DNA of 64,000 nucleotides, taken from the NCBI GenBank assembly GCA_951406725.2, contig OX597831.1, forward strand, positions 23,374,001 through 23,438,000, written 5' to 3'. A program made the position numbers and the translations under genes. This document shows, piece after piece, positions 38,620 to 52,730 of this stretch (the stretch's first letter is position 1; the number at the start of each line of letters is the position of its first letter). The notes under the pieces were generated by a model that did not search any database, was not told where the DNA came from, and was given only the letters and a program-made list of their open reading frames with translations. Origin of the DNA: Octopus vulgaris (taxonomy: Eukaryota).

Positions 38620-39119
38620 AAAAAATTAAATAAAATAATAATTTCAAAAAAAAAAAAACACCCAGAAAAATCTGTTATATGACTGATTAGGAAAGATTGA
38701 TCATAGAATATATATTTTTCTCCATTATTTTGTTAGAAACTTTTCTTTCCTTTCCTTTCTCACTCAAAACCTTACATTGTGTTTAAAAAATTTCTTTTTT
38801 TTTTTTCGCCTTCTTTTTTATTTCTTTCTCATCTTTTTCTCCTTCTCTTCTTCACATCATTCCATCTTTTTGCTTACTTTCCTTTATCTTCTCTCTCTCT
38901 TTCTTTCTCTGTATTTTTACTTCCTTATCTCCTTCACATCTTTTCATTCTCCTTCTTACTCTCACTCCATTATTCTTCCCTCTTATTCAACCGCATTTTC
39001 ATTCATTTTCATTCATTTTCTTTCTTCACCCTCTCTCTGGCTTTCTGTTTCTTTATCTTCCACACATATTTTCATTCTCCTTTTTACTCTCACTTCATTT
39101 TTCTTCTCCTTTACTCCAC

Positions 39120-39330
39120 CTTTACTCTTTTACTTGTTTCAGTCATTTGACTGTGACCATGCTGGAGCACCGCCTTTAGTTGAGCAAATCGACCCCAGGA
39201 CTTATTCTTTGTAAGCCTAGAACTTATTCTATCATTCTCTTTTTGCCAAACCACTAAGTTACGGGGACGTAAACACACAAGTATCAGTTGTCAAATGATG
39301 CTGGGGGGGGGGACAAACACAGGCACACAA

Positions 39331-39362
<32 letters not shown>

Positions 39363-39568
39363 TTATATATACATATACATATATACATGCATAAACACAT
39401 ATACAATAGGCTTCTTTCAGTTTCCGTCTACCAAATCCACTCACAAGGCTTTGGTCAGCCCGAGGCTATAGTAGAAGACACTTGCCCAAGGTGCCACGCA
39501 GTGGGACTGAACCCGGAACCATGTGGTTGGTAAGCAAGCTACTTACCACACAGCCACTTCTGCGCCTT
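39120..39568 (-). mobile_element. Full-length SINE family A
   Basis: Homology to other family A copies. Confidence 0.92.
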
Positions 39569-40289
39569 ATTTTCATTCATTTTCTTTCTTCCCATCTCTC
39601 CCCTTTCCCCCTCTCTCTCCCTCCTTTATCTATCTCTACTCCTTCACATTATTCATTCACTTCTTTCCATCTCATGATCTCTTTCCCTTTGTCTCTCTTT
39701 TCATTCCTCTCCACATCACAACTTTCACTTTACTTACCATTCTCCAAGACTTGTATTTCTCCAAGTCACTTTTTTTCTTATTCTTCTCTGTTTCTCCTTT
39801 TCTTCGTTGTTTTCATTTTATTTTTCTCTTCAGTTTTTTCTTTTTTCTTTTTTGTAGTTTCTATTTTTATTTTCTATTTCCTCTCCATCTTCTCTCAGCT
39901 GTTTACTTTTCCTCTCTGTAAAGTATTTAAACTTTGATAACTTTCGTTGGTCTGAAAGCCATTATCTATCAATCTTTTATGACTTAATTGATTATTATTA
40001 CACATACACGTGCACACACACACACACACATCTTTAATCTGTTATCTTTCACTCTTTTCAGCCATTAGACTGTGGCTATGTTGGGGCACTGCCTCGAAGA
40101 ATTTTAACCTAACAAATTGACTCCAGTTGTTATTTTTAAGCCTGGTATTTATTGTATCAGCCTCTTTTTTTGACAAATTACTAAGTTACAGGGATGTAAA
40201 CACACCAACACTGGTTGTCAAACAGTGGTGAGGGACAAGCAAATAAACACACACACACACATATGTTTGTATGGATCTTCTATTTTTAA

Positions 40290-40860
40290 TTATTATAAAT
40301 CTTCCACTTTGGAGGGAGTCAGTTTCCAACAAAGATACAAGGCTCCATCCTTGGGATGTAGTTAACACAGACAAATTCACATTTGGAACTTGAGAAAAGT
40401 CTTGCACATTTATACTGTTCCACTAACAGATTGCATTTGTAATGTACGAATCAGCCAGTCAATTTCTCTTTCTAAAAACTCCAGTTTATCCAGATTCTCC
40501 TTTAAGCATTTACTAGAAAAACTTAGTGCTCCCATTATCATTGGTATCAATATGAATTCATAGTCCAGATATAGAAGCTGGAAGTTTTAAAACAGTTATC
40601 CATAGATATCCTCTTTTTCTTTAATTTCCAAAGAGATATTTATATCTGTAAGGCAGCTGACCTCTAGAACAGTACATACCATTGCCCCTCTATCCCAAAA
40701 AACAATATCCGGCCTATGTATGTTTGTACTAACAGTAAGATGGAAAGTATTGTTTCATTTTGATACCATGAACACTTAGAAATTATATTTTCGATCATAT
40801 AAACCACTTTGAATATTATTTTAGTAAGTTTGAAGTGATTTTCTTTTATACCATTTACCA
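40290..40860 (-). mobile_element. RLE-type non-LTR retrotransposon 3' end (R4/Dong-like), pseudogenised
   Basis: Minus strand HRPDIVFWDRGAMVCTVLEVSCLTDINISLEIKEKEDIYG*..QLLYLDYEFILIPMIMGALS...LIRTLQMQSVSGTV*MCKTFLKF (RPD..E restriction-like endonuclease motif), then a 3' UTR ending in TAATAA. Confidence 0.85.
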
Positions 40861-42109
40861 TTTCTGTGGTACCTCACTTTCCTTGATGTTCTAAGAATGT
40901 GCTTATTTTACTCAAGGCTTTATCCAGCGCTGATCTACACTTGTATGTGCATGCCTAGTCCTGGCTTTTTGAAGAAGACTCTGTGTGTGTGCAAGCTTAT
41001 TCTCTCGATGCTACAACTGTTCATCCAGGAGGAATCCACAAATTTAGGACCATTAGCTTGGCAAAGGATCGTCACAGGTGTCACAACACAAAGACATCTC
41101 ACTCAACCTTTTAATTGTTCTGCCAGTCCACCATTTTGGCTGAATTTTTATTTTTATATCAACCATGAATGAACTAAAAGCAAAGTTGATCCCATAGAGA
41201 TTTGAACTCAGATTGCAGAGAATTGGATTAAATACTGAGAAGTGTATGTTCTGTCAATCTATTGTCTTGGTTGAACACCTTTATTGACCACAAAAGGGTG
41301 AAAGGCAAAGTTAATCTTAATGAGATTTGAACTCAGTATACAAGAGACTCAGAACAAATATTGGGAAGCAGTCATTCCTCTGTTATTACTGCAAGTACAC
41401 CACCCTAAAAAGGGTGGTAACTACAAGACCATAAATGTAGAGTGATGGGAAGAGAATTACCAACTCTTGTCTTACTCATTCCATTGTTCCCAAACAGTTG
41501 CTATTAACAAGAAAACCATTAAAATTTCGAATTTTTATTTGCGTGTTTTATTAATTACATTTATTAATCTTATAAAAGTATGACACCAATGTTGTGCGTT
41601 TGAATCCAGCTGCTGTTATTTTAACTCTTCCATCATTGCACCACTGTCAACAGTGTTTTTGTGAATTCCCTTGAATCAGCAATATGCTCTTCATTTATCT
41701 TTAAAAGAAAGTAAGTTGCATAGAAGCGGCAATAGTAATAAGCAATACCATATGATTATGTGACATACCTGGGTGGTCAGGTGAAAAGAACTTTATTTTT
41801 TTTTTCCTAGAAATATTTTCCTCAATTTTGACCCGATTGTAATTGAGGTTGCTAATAAAATATCTAGATATTTTGTGGTTTCTAGTAATCAGAATTCTTT
41901 TCTCTGTTGGATTTCAAGTCAATTCATCCCAAATTAATGTCTAATGTGATAATTTTCAATTTCCGGAAAGTGATTGCTAAAGCGGGGCAAAATAAGTAAT
42001 TAATCACAGTATTTTTTTCTCTTTAGTGGTATTGTGCCTAAATATATCACAAGCAGAGCTTCTCCTGCTGATCGCGAATGAAGAAGCTATGGAGAATATT
42101 TTAAGCCAA

Positions 42110-42432
42110 GAAGGCAGTGAGCTGGCAGAAACGTTAGCACACTGGGTGAAATACTTAGGCACTGGGGTCGATATAATCGACTTAATCCGTTTGTTTGTCC
42201 TTGTTTGTCCTCTCTGTGTTTAGCCCCTTGTGGATAGTAAAGAAATAGGTATTTTGTCTGCGGTTACGTTCTTAGTTCAAATTCCACCGAGGTCAACTTT
42301 ACTTTTCATCCTTTCTGGGTCCATAAATTAAGTACCAGTTACGCAATGGGGTCGATGTAATCGACTTAATCCCTTTGTCCTTGTTTGTACCCTCTATGTT
42401 TAGCCCCTTGTGGGTAGTAAAGAAATAAGTAT
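42110..42432 (+). mobile_element. Family H copy with the tandem 3' unit
   Basis: gggtcgat.taatcgacttaatcc...tttagccccttgtgg.tagtaaagaaata occurs twice. Confidence 0.85.
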
Positions 42433-42769
42433 ATTTAATGCCAAGATTTTAGATTTAGTTGAGTTTCAATAATTTCATAAAATGTTCCATTTTTCCATGA
42501 CCCCCTATCATTTGACCAAAATATTAAAAATTTTTGTTGCCTTTCTGATCAACCTGATGCCTAAGAATAAATATTGATGTGTAAGAGTCTGTTCTCAAAT
42601 GTAATTCTTGATAATTGAAGAGGCGGGTTTACTTTACTCAGTCTTACTCATTTTGCCCCGGTTAAATTTGTCTTTAGTATGCTCAAAGAGAATGGATATA
42701 ACTTTCTGAAATAGTGTTCTGAATATATTACAGTGTTTGTAATGCATTTAAAGCAGTTCATTTGCTTAC

Positions 42770-43010
42770 CTGAGGTAGTTTTTGCAAGGCAGTGGACTTA
42801 CATAAAAAATATTTATTCTCTTGGTCAGAAATGCAGTAAATATTACTCATTGTGCCCCACCCGCATATTTGAAATGATTTCTTCTACTCTTTCCATTGGC
42901 CAAGCGTTTGATCATATCCTCAAACTTTATTATTATAGCAATTTTTAAATGATTTGTTTTGTGGCATAAGCCATTTACCATTTCTTAGGTGCTCCTTTTC
43001 GTTGACATTC
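42770..43010 (-). mobile_element. Possible pogo/Tigger transposase N-terminal remnant
   Basis: Minus strand IAIIIKFEDMIKRLANGKSR...SNIYCI resembles a CENP-B-type HTH; heavily degraded. Confidence 0.3.
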
Positions 43011-43231
43011 TAAGCACATGCTTATTTTGCATCATGGTTAATCCAGCCCTGGTGATACTATTAGCTAAAGTATTTAAGAAAAGGTTAACTTAAGAGCAAA
43101 ACCATCAGACAGAGCATGATCTTCATGTGATAAATGACCTTGCTGAGGAAGTGTAGTTATTTGAGAAGAAATTGCATGAATAAAGACTGTTATGTTGGAT
43201 GAATGTTTCAAAATAACTGAAGAATTTAAAG

Positions 43232-43425
43232 TGAGTGGCTGTGTGGTAAGTAGCTTGCATACCAACCACATGGTTCCAGGTTCAGTCCCACTGCGTGGCA
43301 CCTTGGGCAAGTGTTTTCTACTATAGCTTTGGGCTGGCCAAAGCCTTGTGAGTGGATTTGGTAGGCGGAAACTGAAAGAAGCCCATCGTATATATGTATA
43401 TGTATAGATATATGTATATGTATAG

Positions 43426-43502
<77 letters not shown>

Positions 43503-43593
43503 GGTTTGTGTGCCTGTGTTTGTCCCCCCAACATCACTTGACAACTGATACTGGTGTGTTTATGTCCCCATAACTTAGTGGTTTGGCAAAAGA
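43232..43593 (+). mobile_element. SINE family A, 3'-truncated
   Basis: Homology; abuts an inverted copy. Confidence 0.9.
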
Positions 43594-43881
43594 GGCCCCA
43601 GGACTTATTCTTTGTAAGCCTAGTACTTATTCTATCAGTCTCTTTTTGCCAAACCGCTAAGTTACAGGGACATAAACACACCAGCATCAGTTGTCAAGTG
43701 ATGTTGGGAGGACAAACACAGACACACAAACATATACACACACATACATATATATACATATATACGATAGGCTTCTTTCAGTTTCCGTCTACCAAATCCA
43801 CACACAAGGCTTTGGTTGGCCCGAGGCTATAGCAGAAGACACTTGCCCAAGGTGCCACACACACAGCCACTCCTGTGCCTA
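43594..43881 (-). mobile_element. SINE family A, 3'-truncated, tail-to-tail with the previous copy
   Basis: Homology to other family A copies. Confidence 0.9.
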
Positions 43882-44198
43882 TTCTGGTTAAATTTTTGAC
43901 AAAGTAGTATGGATAGCAAGACACCAACCTCGAATGCAGATGGCATGTGAAAACAGGATAAAAATAAAATGAAGCTAGCATTCTCTGATGGATGTATAAT
44001 GTTAGTGATCATCATGTCAGACAAACCAATCCAAATTGCACATACTAACACCAATCTTTAGGAACAGTAGCTTCCAATAAGAAATGATTCAAACTGAAAT
44101 TATGTTATAACACATGGAATCATGGAAAGTTAATGTTAAATTATAATAATGATGATCTCCCCTTTGCTCTCTTTCACACACACACAATACCTCTCACA

Positions 44199-44584
44199 CC
44201 ATCATCATCATCATTATCATCATCACCGTTTAGCGTCCGCTTTCCATGCTAGCATTGGTTGGACGGTTCAACTGGGGTCTGGGAAGCCAGAAGGCTGCAC
44301 CAGGCCCAGTCTGATCTGGCAATGTTTCTATGGCTGGATGCCCTTCCTAACGCCAACCACTCCATGAGTGTAGTGGGTGCTTTTTACGTGCCACCGGCAC
44401 AGGTGTCAGACGAGGCTGGCAAACAGCCACGATTGGATGGTACTTTTTATGTGCCACCGGCACAGTGGCCAGACGGGGCTGGCAAACGGCCACGGTCAGA
44501 TGGTGCTTTTTATGTGCCACTGGCACGGGGGCCAAGCGAGGCTGGCAATGGCCACAATCAGATGGTGCTTTTTATGTGCCACCA
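44199..44584 (-). mobile_element. RTE 3' UTR with three diverged ~63-bp units
   Basis: Same family as 30319. Confidence 0.85.
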
Positions 44585-44829
44585 TATACATACATATATA
44601 TATTATATATATATATATATATATGTATTCAAACACACACACACATATATAATATGCTGTTGTATCTTATAACTGAAACAGCTGTAAGCTAATGAAGTTT
44701 ATAAGATAATTATTTGTTCCTTTCTCATCTCTATTTCTTATTACTGTTCTGTACTTGACTGACATTTTGTTCTGATTCATACATATTCTGAGTCCTAAAA
44801 CAAGGTTATTAGTATTACAATCCCTAAGT

Positions 44830-45276
44830 GATATATATATATATATATACATATATACATACATACATACATATATGTGTGTGCGTGTGTGTGTGCACAT
44901 ATGCATACATATACTGTATGAATACATTTTGTATATATATAAGTGTGTGTATGTATGTATGTGTGTGTGTATGTATATATATATACACATGTATATAGAT
45001 AGATAGATAGATAGACATATAGGTATACATGTACATATATGTGTACATATACTGTATGAATACATTTTGTATGTATATAAGTGTGTGCATGTATGTGTAT
45101 ATATATATATATATATACATACATACATACATTTTTACGTTCTCTCTCCATTTTTTCCCTCTCATCCCTTTCTGTTGAAGAGCGTAGGTTCAATACATCA
45201 ACAACTTTTCCCTTATTCCCAACCATCATACTTATTGTTCCCTCACCTGTTTTTGGCTTTTGTCTTCTGTAAATTT

Positions 45277-45372
<96 letters not shown>

Positions 45373-45374
45373 TA

Positions 45375-45407
<33 letters not shown>

Positions 45408-46054
45408 GCACATATATATATTATATATAGATATGCCTTTAAACACATGTATATATGCTCACATATATTCATGAAAATATATACAAGTTTTCAGGCACAC
45501 CTGCATTATATACACACTCACTGACTCCACTTATGTATAGATACAGATACATGCATGCATGCAACATGCGTGCAAGCAATTTATGTCCATACAATATGCC
45601 GTATCTCTATACTCAGAACATATATATATTCATCTATGCTGCTGTTATGCAATGCATAAACACTCATATACACATTATATATGAATACAAGCCTTGTATA
45701 CATATTCCGTGAACACCTTTGCAACTATTTCATACAGGAAACATACAAAAGAAGCCACATTGCTTAGCTATAAATTATTTCCAGTGACTGGATGTTGATG
45801 TGTGTGTGTGAGTGCTTGCTGACATGTATGCATAAATCTGTGATTGAGAATGGGAACATTCGGTATAAATCCTCTCTTGGAAGCATCCATCAAAATATTG
45901 AGCTGGCTTATGTTATCTTTGAAAGGGGCAATGTTCTATATGATTTGTTAGGGCTTCTGTTTTCTTGTTTTTTTTTTACTTTTGTGTATTTGTGTGTGTG
46001 TGTGTGGGGGGGTTCAGACTAGAAATAGCATCCATTGATGTTATATTTATATAC

Positions 46055-46094
<40 letters not shown>

Positions 46095-46213
46095 AAGTGT
46101 GTTTATGTGTATATATTTATACATATATATTTGTGTGTATGTATATATGTATGTATTTTTATATGTATATATATGTATATAAAATTGCATATGCATGTGG
46201 GTGTATATATATA

Positions 46214-46249
<36 letters not shown>

Positions 46250-46826
46250 TGTGTGTGTGTGTGTGCATGTATGCATGAATATTTTATATATATATATATA
46301 TTCTTATATATATATATGTGCGTGTGTGTTTATATATATATGTGAGTGTGTGTTTATATATATTTATGTGTGTGTACATATATAAGAGTATATATGTATA
46401 TGTGTATCAATCACTCTATTTATCTGTCTATCTATCAACATATATATATATATATATACACATACATATATATATTTATATATGCATATATATATGTATA
46501 TGTATTTATATGTACATTATATTTATATGTGTGTGTGTGTATATATGTATTTATATGTGCATGTGCATATATATGTCTGTGTGCTTGTATGTGTGTATGT
46601 GTGAATGTGTGTGTGTGTACATTCAGCTTACCCCTGTCACATAACTGATCTTCTTCAAACAGGGGTGAGTGTGGATGCTGGGGAAAGCTAGTACCCCTAT
46701 TTATATTCCTTTATAGCATGACCATTATTGATTTATCAGGAAGTAGAAGGTTTTGATTTGGGCTATTTCTTTTCGCTCTCATTCTTCAAATCCTTCATTA
46801 TTATTATTATTATCAATATTATTATC

Positions 46827-46925
<99 letters not shown>

Positions 46926-47629
46926 GGCAATGTTTTACATTTTATTGTTTTGTATCTCATTTTGTTTATTCTTAAAATTTTTTCCCCCCGCCTTCCAACC
47001 CCTGTCCATCTTTCTCTCTCTTTCCCTCTGTGATCTCACCTTTACCTTAAAAAACAATAACATTTCATTAGCATTGTCGTCATCATCGTCATCATCATCG
47101 TCGTCGTCATCATCATCATCATCATTCTCATCCCCATCATCAACATTATCATCATCCTGCTCCTCCTTGTCATCGACATCATTATCCTCCTCCTCCTCAT
47201 CATCATCCTCAACATCCTCATCTTAGTTATTATCATCAACATCATCATCATTCTCCACATCCTCATCATAGTTATCATCATCATCCTCAACATCCTCATC
47301 ATAGTTATCATCATCATCATAATCCTCATCATCATCATTCTCAACATCCTCATCATAGTTATCATCATCATCATCCTCAACAACCGCATCATAGTTATCT
47401 TCATCATCATCATCATCATCATTCTCAACATCATCATAGTTATCATCATCATCATCATCATCAACATCCTCATCATAGTTATATCATCCTCATCATCATC
47501 ATCATTCTCATCATCATCATCGTCATCATTGTCATCATTGTCAACAACATCATCATCATCATCATCATCATTATTATTATCATTTTCATTATTATTATTA
47601 TTATTATTATTTATTATTTATTATTATTA

Positions 47630-47694
<65 letters not shown>

Positions 47695-48076
47695 TATTAT
47701 TATTATTATTTTCAAGGGGCACAATTTGGCTGGTTGATGTATTGTTCTCAGTTGGTGTGTGTCAAGTTTGAATCAAAGAAGCCAAGTCATGTCACATGTA
47801 CATTATGCCATCACCATTTCATTCCATCTTTCTATACAGGCATGCACTGGACTTTTATATTTATAAAGGTGTATATATGTGCATGTATATATAATGTATA
47901 TATGTACATATATATGTAAAGACATATATATATTTATATATATATATATATATATATACGTATGTAAAGACATATATATATTTATATATATATATATATA
48001 TATATACGTATGTAAAGACATATATATAAATATAGATATATACATATATATATATATAAACACATATTTATGTAAA

Positions 48077-48118
<42 letters not shown>

Positions 48119-48488
48119 TATATATGTGTATATATATGAGCGCATATTTGTGTTTACATGTATACATATAATGTGTGTGTGTGTTTGTGTGTATGTGAGG
48201 TGTGTGCGTACAAACACATTATGCCTTTGTTCATAATAAAAAACAAAAAAATATCTAAAGGCTGTGTAAACATATAGCAGTAGTAATAATATTAATAGCA
48301 ACAATGGTAATAAAAATATTAATGATAGAATGTTTCAAAGACAAGTTTTGATTGAATATGTGATAAAATGTAAATACAATAAAGTGTAATAAAAGAAAAT
48401 ATCTGCATATTAGATATGACCCTTTTATTCCATCCTCTTAGATCTTTTATCCCTAGCTTTCATTAAAATAACAATAATAATTACAATA

Positions 48489-48558
<70 letters not shown>

Positions 48559-48685
48559 TAATAATAATAATAATAATGATGATAATATAATAATAACAGT
48601 AAAAATGAAAATTCAATGTATTATTTGTTTTCATTATCATTATTATTATTTTGATGTTGTTACTATTATTATTATATTATCATTA

Positions 48686-48755
<70 letters not shown>

Positions 48756-48790
48756 CATTATTATTATTATTATTATTTGTAAGAGAAAGC
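44830..48790. repeat. Microsatellite-dominated region (TA, TG, TAT/TAA, CAT) with short unique islands
   Basis: Seen directly. Confidence 0.9.
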
Positions 48791-49004
48791 AAGAAAGCAG
48801 GAGAGAATTTTGTGGAAAGCAGATGAAAATACTTTAACAAAGGATGATGAAGCCGGTTTGAAGCAGGTAGATAGATTTTAAACTGTTCCTAGTTCTCCAC
48901 AGAAAATGGGGCTTTAGTAGTATGAAAGAATGAAAGAATAGATGGCAGAGGATGGGTAAGAATAGCTGATGAAGAAAGTAACAATACATGCAGATGCTCA
49001 CTAA

Positions 49005-49231
49005 TCACTTAACATAGACAGGATTTAAATGTGAGCAGCCATAAGTTTCATGCTCTCACAGTACAATAGTCAAACAAGGTTGAATGGTGTACTGTGTAAT
49101 ATGATGCTGAAAGATTACACAATGGTATTATATCAGGCCATACAACCTTATCCAATAATTGTAATTTCGTAATATCAGAGAATGAAACCGATAGTATACA
49201 TTTCACATCTAAATCCTGTGTATATTAAATG
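49005..49231. mobile_element. Putative MITE with ~30-bp imperfect TIRs
   Basis: tcacttaacatagacaggatttaaatgtga versus tcacatctaaatcctgtgtatattaaatga. Confidence 0.45.
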
Positions 49232-49359
49232 ATATCACTGGATAGAGTATGATTCTCTTTGTTGATTCCACCTATACTGGAATAGTATTCAATATATATA
49301 TGTGTGTGTGTGTGTGCATAAGGTAGCAAGCTGGTAGAAAATGCAGAGAGCTGGCAGGG

Positions 49360-49590
49360 AAGGTGGCGATCTGGCAGAAACGTTAGCACGCTGGGCAAAA
49401 TTCTCAGCAGTTTTTAGTCTGCTGTTACGTTCTGAGTTTAAATTCCGCTGAGGTCGACTTTGCCTTTCATCTTTTCAGGGTCGCTTAAATAAGTACTAGT
49501 TACACAGCGGGGCCGATGTAATCAACTTAATCCCCTTGTCTGTCCTTATTTGTCCCCTCTATGTTTAGCCTCCTGTAGGCAATAAAAATT
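49360..49590 (+). mobile_element. Family H copy
   Basis: Homology to 24600 and 42110. Confidence 0.8.
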
Positions 49591-49641
49591 ATAAAATACA
49601 TATATATATTGTTCATTTGTGTGTGTGAATATGTTCGCATA

Positions 49642-49672
<31 letters not shown>

Positions 49673-50189
49673 GTATACATATATGTGTATATATGTATAT
49701 GTACATATGTGAACACGTATATGTGTACATATGTGTACATGTATATATGTATACATGTGTACATACATGTTATATATATATATATATATGCATATATTAT
49801 ATATATGTATATATATATTTTATATATATGATAGATATATATACACATACACATGCATGTATATTGTCCTATGCTAAGTAGTTTAAAGTCACAGAATTTT
49901 TTACTTAATTTAAATATAACAAGCTACTTCCAAATCGCTGTTAGGTTATTTGCATAACTGGAGTCAAGACAGACTTGTACCAACATTGAATCATATTAAC
50001 TATAATAATGTAAATACTTTAACCGAGGAAAGTTTACATAATGAATGCGTTTCCAGTTTTTCGCTATATAAACCCAAAATGTTTGTATTAAATGATTTCA
50101 AAAATATCAGTATTTGATTTGACTTCATTTTTAGAACAGCATGGCTGCAGTAAATGACTGAAACAAGTAACACACACACACACACATAT

Positions 50190-50235
<46 letters not shown>

Positions 50236-51353
50236 ATATATATCATCATCATCATTTAGCATCCTCCTTGCATGCTGGCTTGGGCTGGATGATTTCACAG
50301 GAGCTGGCTTTAATCATGCTTCTTTGTTTGTTTTGAAATGGTTTTTACAGCTGGATGCCCTTCCTAACACCAACCATTCTGTAGAGTGGGCTGAGTGCTT
50401 TTTACATGGTGCCAACACAGGCAAGGTCAGTTTGGAAAAGGTTTTTTACAGCTGGATGCCCTTCCAAATGCCAACCACTTTACAGTATGGACTAGGTGTT
50501 TTAAGCAGCACATGCACTGGCAGGATCACCAAGTAACTTTGCAAGACAAGGATTCTTTGAGAGGGGACAGGACATTGGAAGAGGTGATCTTTTGTCAGAT
50601 GATGAAAGGTTAGAGTGTAAAGGAGAGAGAGAAACATAAGCTGGCTGGGTGAAATGCTTAGCGATATTTCATCTGTCTTTATGTTCTGAGTTCAAATTCT
50701 GCTGAGGTTGACTTTGCTTTTCGTCTTTTCGGGGTTGATAAATTAAGTACCAGTTGTGTACTGGAGATAGACCATATATATATATATATATATATAGTAG
50801 TAGTAGTAGTAGTAACAGAAAAGAGGAATTTCGATTATCCCCATATGGTGAGTTGTAATGTATATAAGAAATTAAAAAAGGAAAATATGCACACTTACAT
50901 AGTTTTAATATAATTTTTAATATATCGACCGGTTTTGCTATCGTTATTCATGATATTATGTTTTACTTATTTGAATATATATTTTTTTCTTAAGAAGAAA
51001 TTTTGTTTGTTTGTGCTCATGTGTGCGAGTCAGTGTGTGTGTGTATGTGCCAATGCATGCATGCATACAGATGCACTCACATACATACATATATACATAT
51101 GCATACGCACACATATATACATACATGCACATGCATACACACATACATACGTACATTTTACCGGTGAGTGTGTTAAATTATGAGGCACAAAAAGAAAATT
51201 ACTCCCCCAGACACTACAGTATATATATATATATGTATATATTTGTAAATATGGGTGGAAGTAGATCCATTAGGTGCACAGTAAATTACCATACAAGTTT
51301 GAGCCTCAGAAAAGTATTCACTTTAAACTGTAGCTGATTTGTGATCTGATAAG

Positions 51354-51656
51354 ACTGGTACTTATTCTGTCGGTTTGTTTTGCCAAACCACTAAGTTACA
51401 GAGATGTAAACACACCAACACCAGTTGTTGAGTAGTGGTGGGGAGACAAACACGAATGCAAACACATACACACATATATGAGAGGTTTTTTTTTCAGTTT
51501 CCTTCTACCAAATCCACTGAAAAGGCTGTGGTTGGCCTGAGGCTATTACAATAACTCATACAAGACACGACTTCAAGGTGCCATGCAGTGGGACTGAACC
51601 TGGGACCATGTGGTTGAAAAGCAAACTTCTTACCACACAGCATCCACATCTGTGTC
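51354..51656 (-). mobile_element. SINE family A, diverged
   Basis: Homology to other family A copies. Confidence 0.8.
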
Positions 51657-52422
51657 TATTTATAATATACATAAAAATATATAAATATATAAATTCATAT
51701 TAAGGTTCATGTATTTTACATAACAAATCAATGTAGTTATTAAGAACAAGACAATAGAACAATGTTTATATTCATACATGATGATGAATTCAAGAAAAGG
51801 TCAGATTCCAATAAACGTCAATCAAATGCTGAATATATATTCTTCTAAGTTTTTGTGTTTTGATTCAAAATCTTAAAACAGCTACATTTAATATGATTTT
51901 TAGGGAGATGTCATTTATCAAGAATTTTCTTTTGAAAAGATAAGATATATGAAGTATTATCATATACAGTAACATTGCTATAACAAGAAAACGAGTGAAT
52001 GCGGTATGATAGCATAAAATTTCTGAGCCATATTTATTAATCTTTTTTTAGTATATTTCTTTAAAAATAAAAACAAATTCCCAAAACAGATTCGTTGATA
52101 TGTGAAGTACAAAAAAAAAAATGAAGAAATTTATATGGCTCTAATTGGAAGAAGACGGAGAATTGAGACACATAGAGAACTGCCTAGGGCTTTCTAAGGA
52201 ATATATCAATCACTGTTGATTGAAGATTGAAATAAGTTCTTTGGACTTTCAATGATATATATATATGGAGAGAGAGATGGGGGGAGCACTCTCTGTGCTA
52301 TAACATAAAAATATATGCAAGTACACATATACATATGCACACGCAAATCAATGCATTATATATATATGTATATATATATGTATATATATATGTATATATA
52401 TATGTATATATATATGTATATA

Positions 52423-52517
<95 letters not shown>

Positions 52518-52520
52518 GTA

Positions 52521-52730
52521 TACGAGGTGAACGCTGAAAAGTTCTTGGTTTTAAGGATGCTGAGAAAGGTCTGGCTGGAGGTACAAACTTCCAGCTTCTT
52601 TTACAAGGCTTAGAAAAACTTAAGGACAGTCACAATAAGTGTTGTGTATCTGAGAGGGAAATATGCTGAATAAAATCATAACTAACTGATGCTCCTGAAT
52701 TTTCTTTTCCTCAAAGTCAGGAACTTACCG
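52521..52730 (+). mobile_element. Mariner-derived MITE
   Basis: tacgaggtgaacgctgaaaagttc...gaataaaatcata..ggaact, inserted after a TA run. Confidence 0.8.

Noticed and set aside
42771-42795. let-7-like sequence TGAGGTAGT
   Set aside because: Only the first 9 nt match, the rest differs from let-7, and there is no convincing precursor hairpin.
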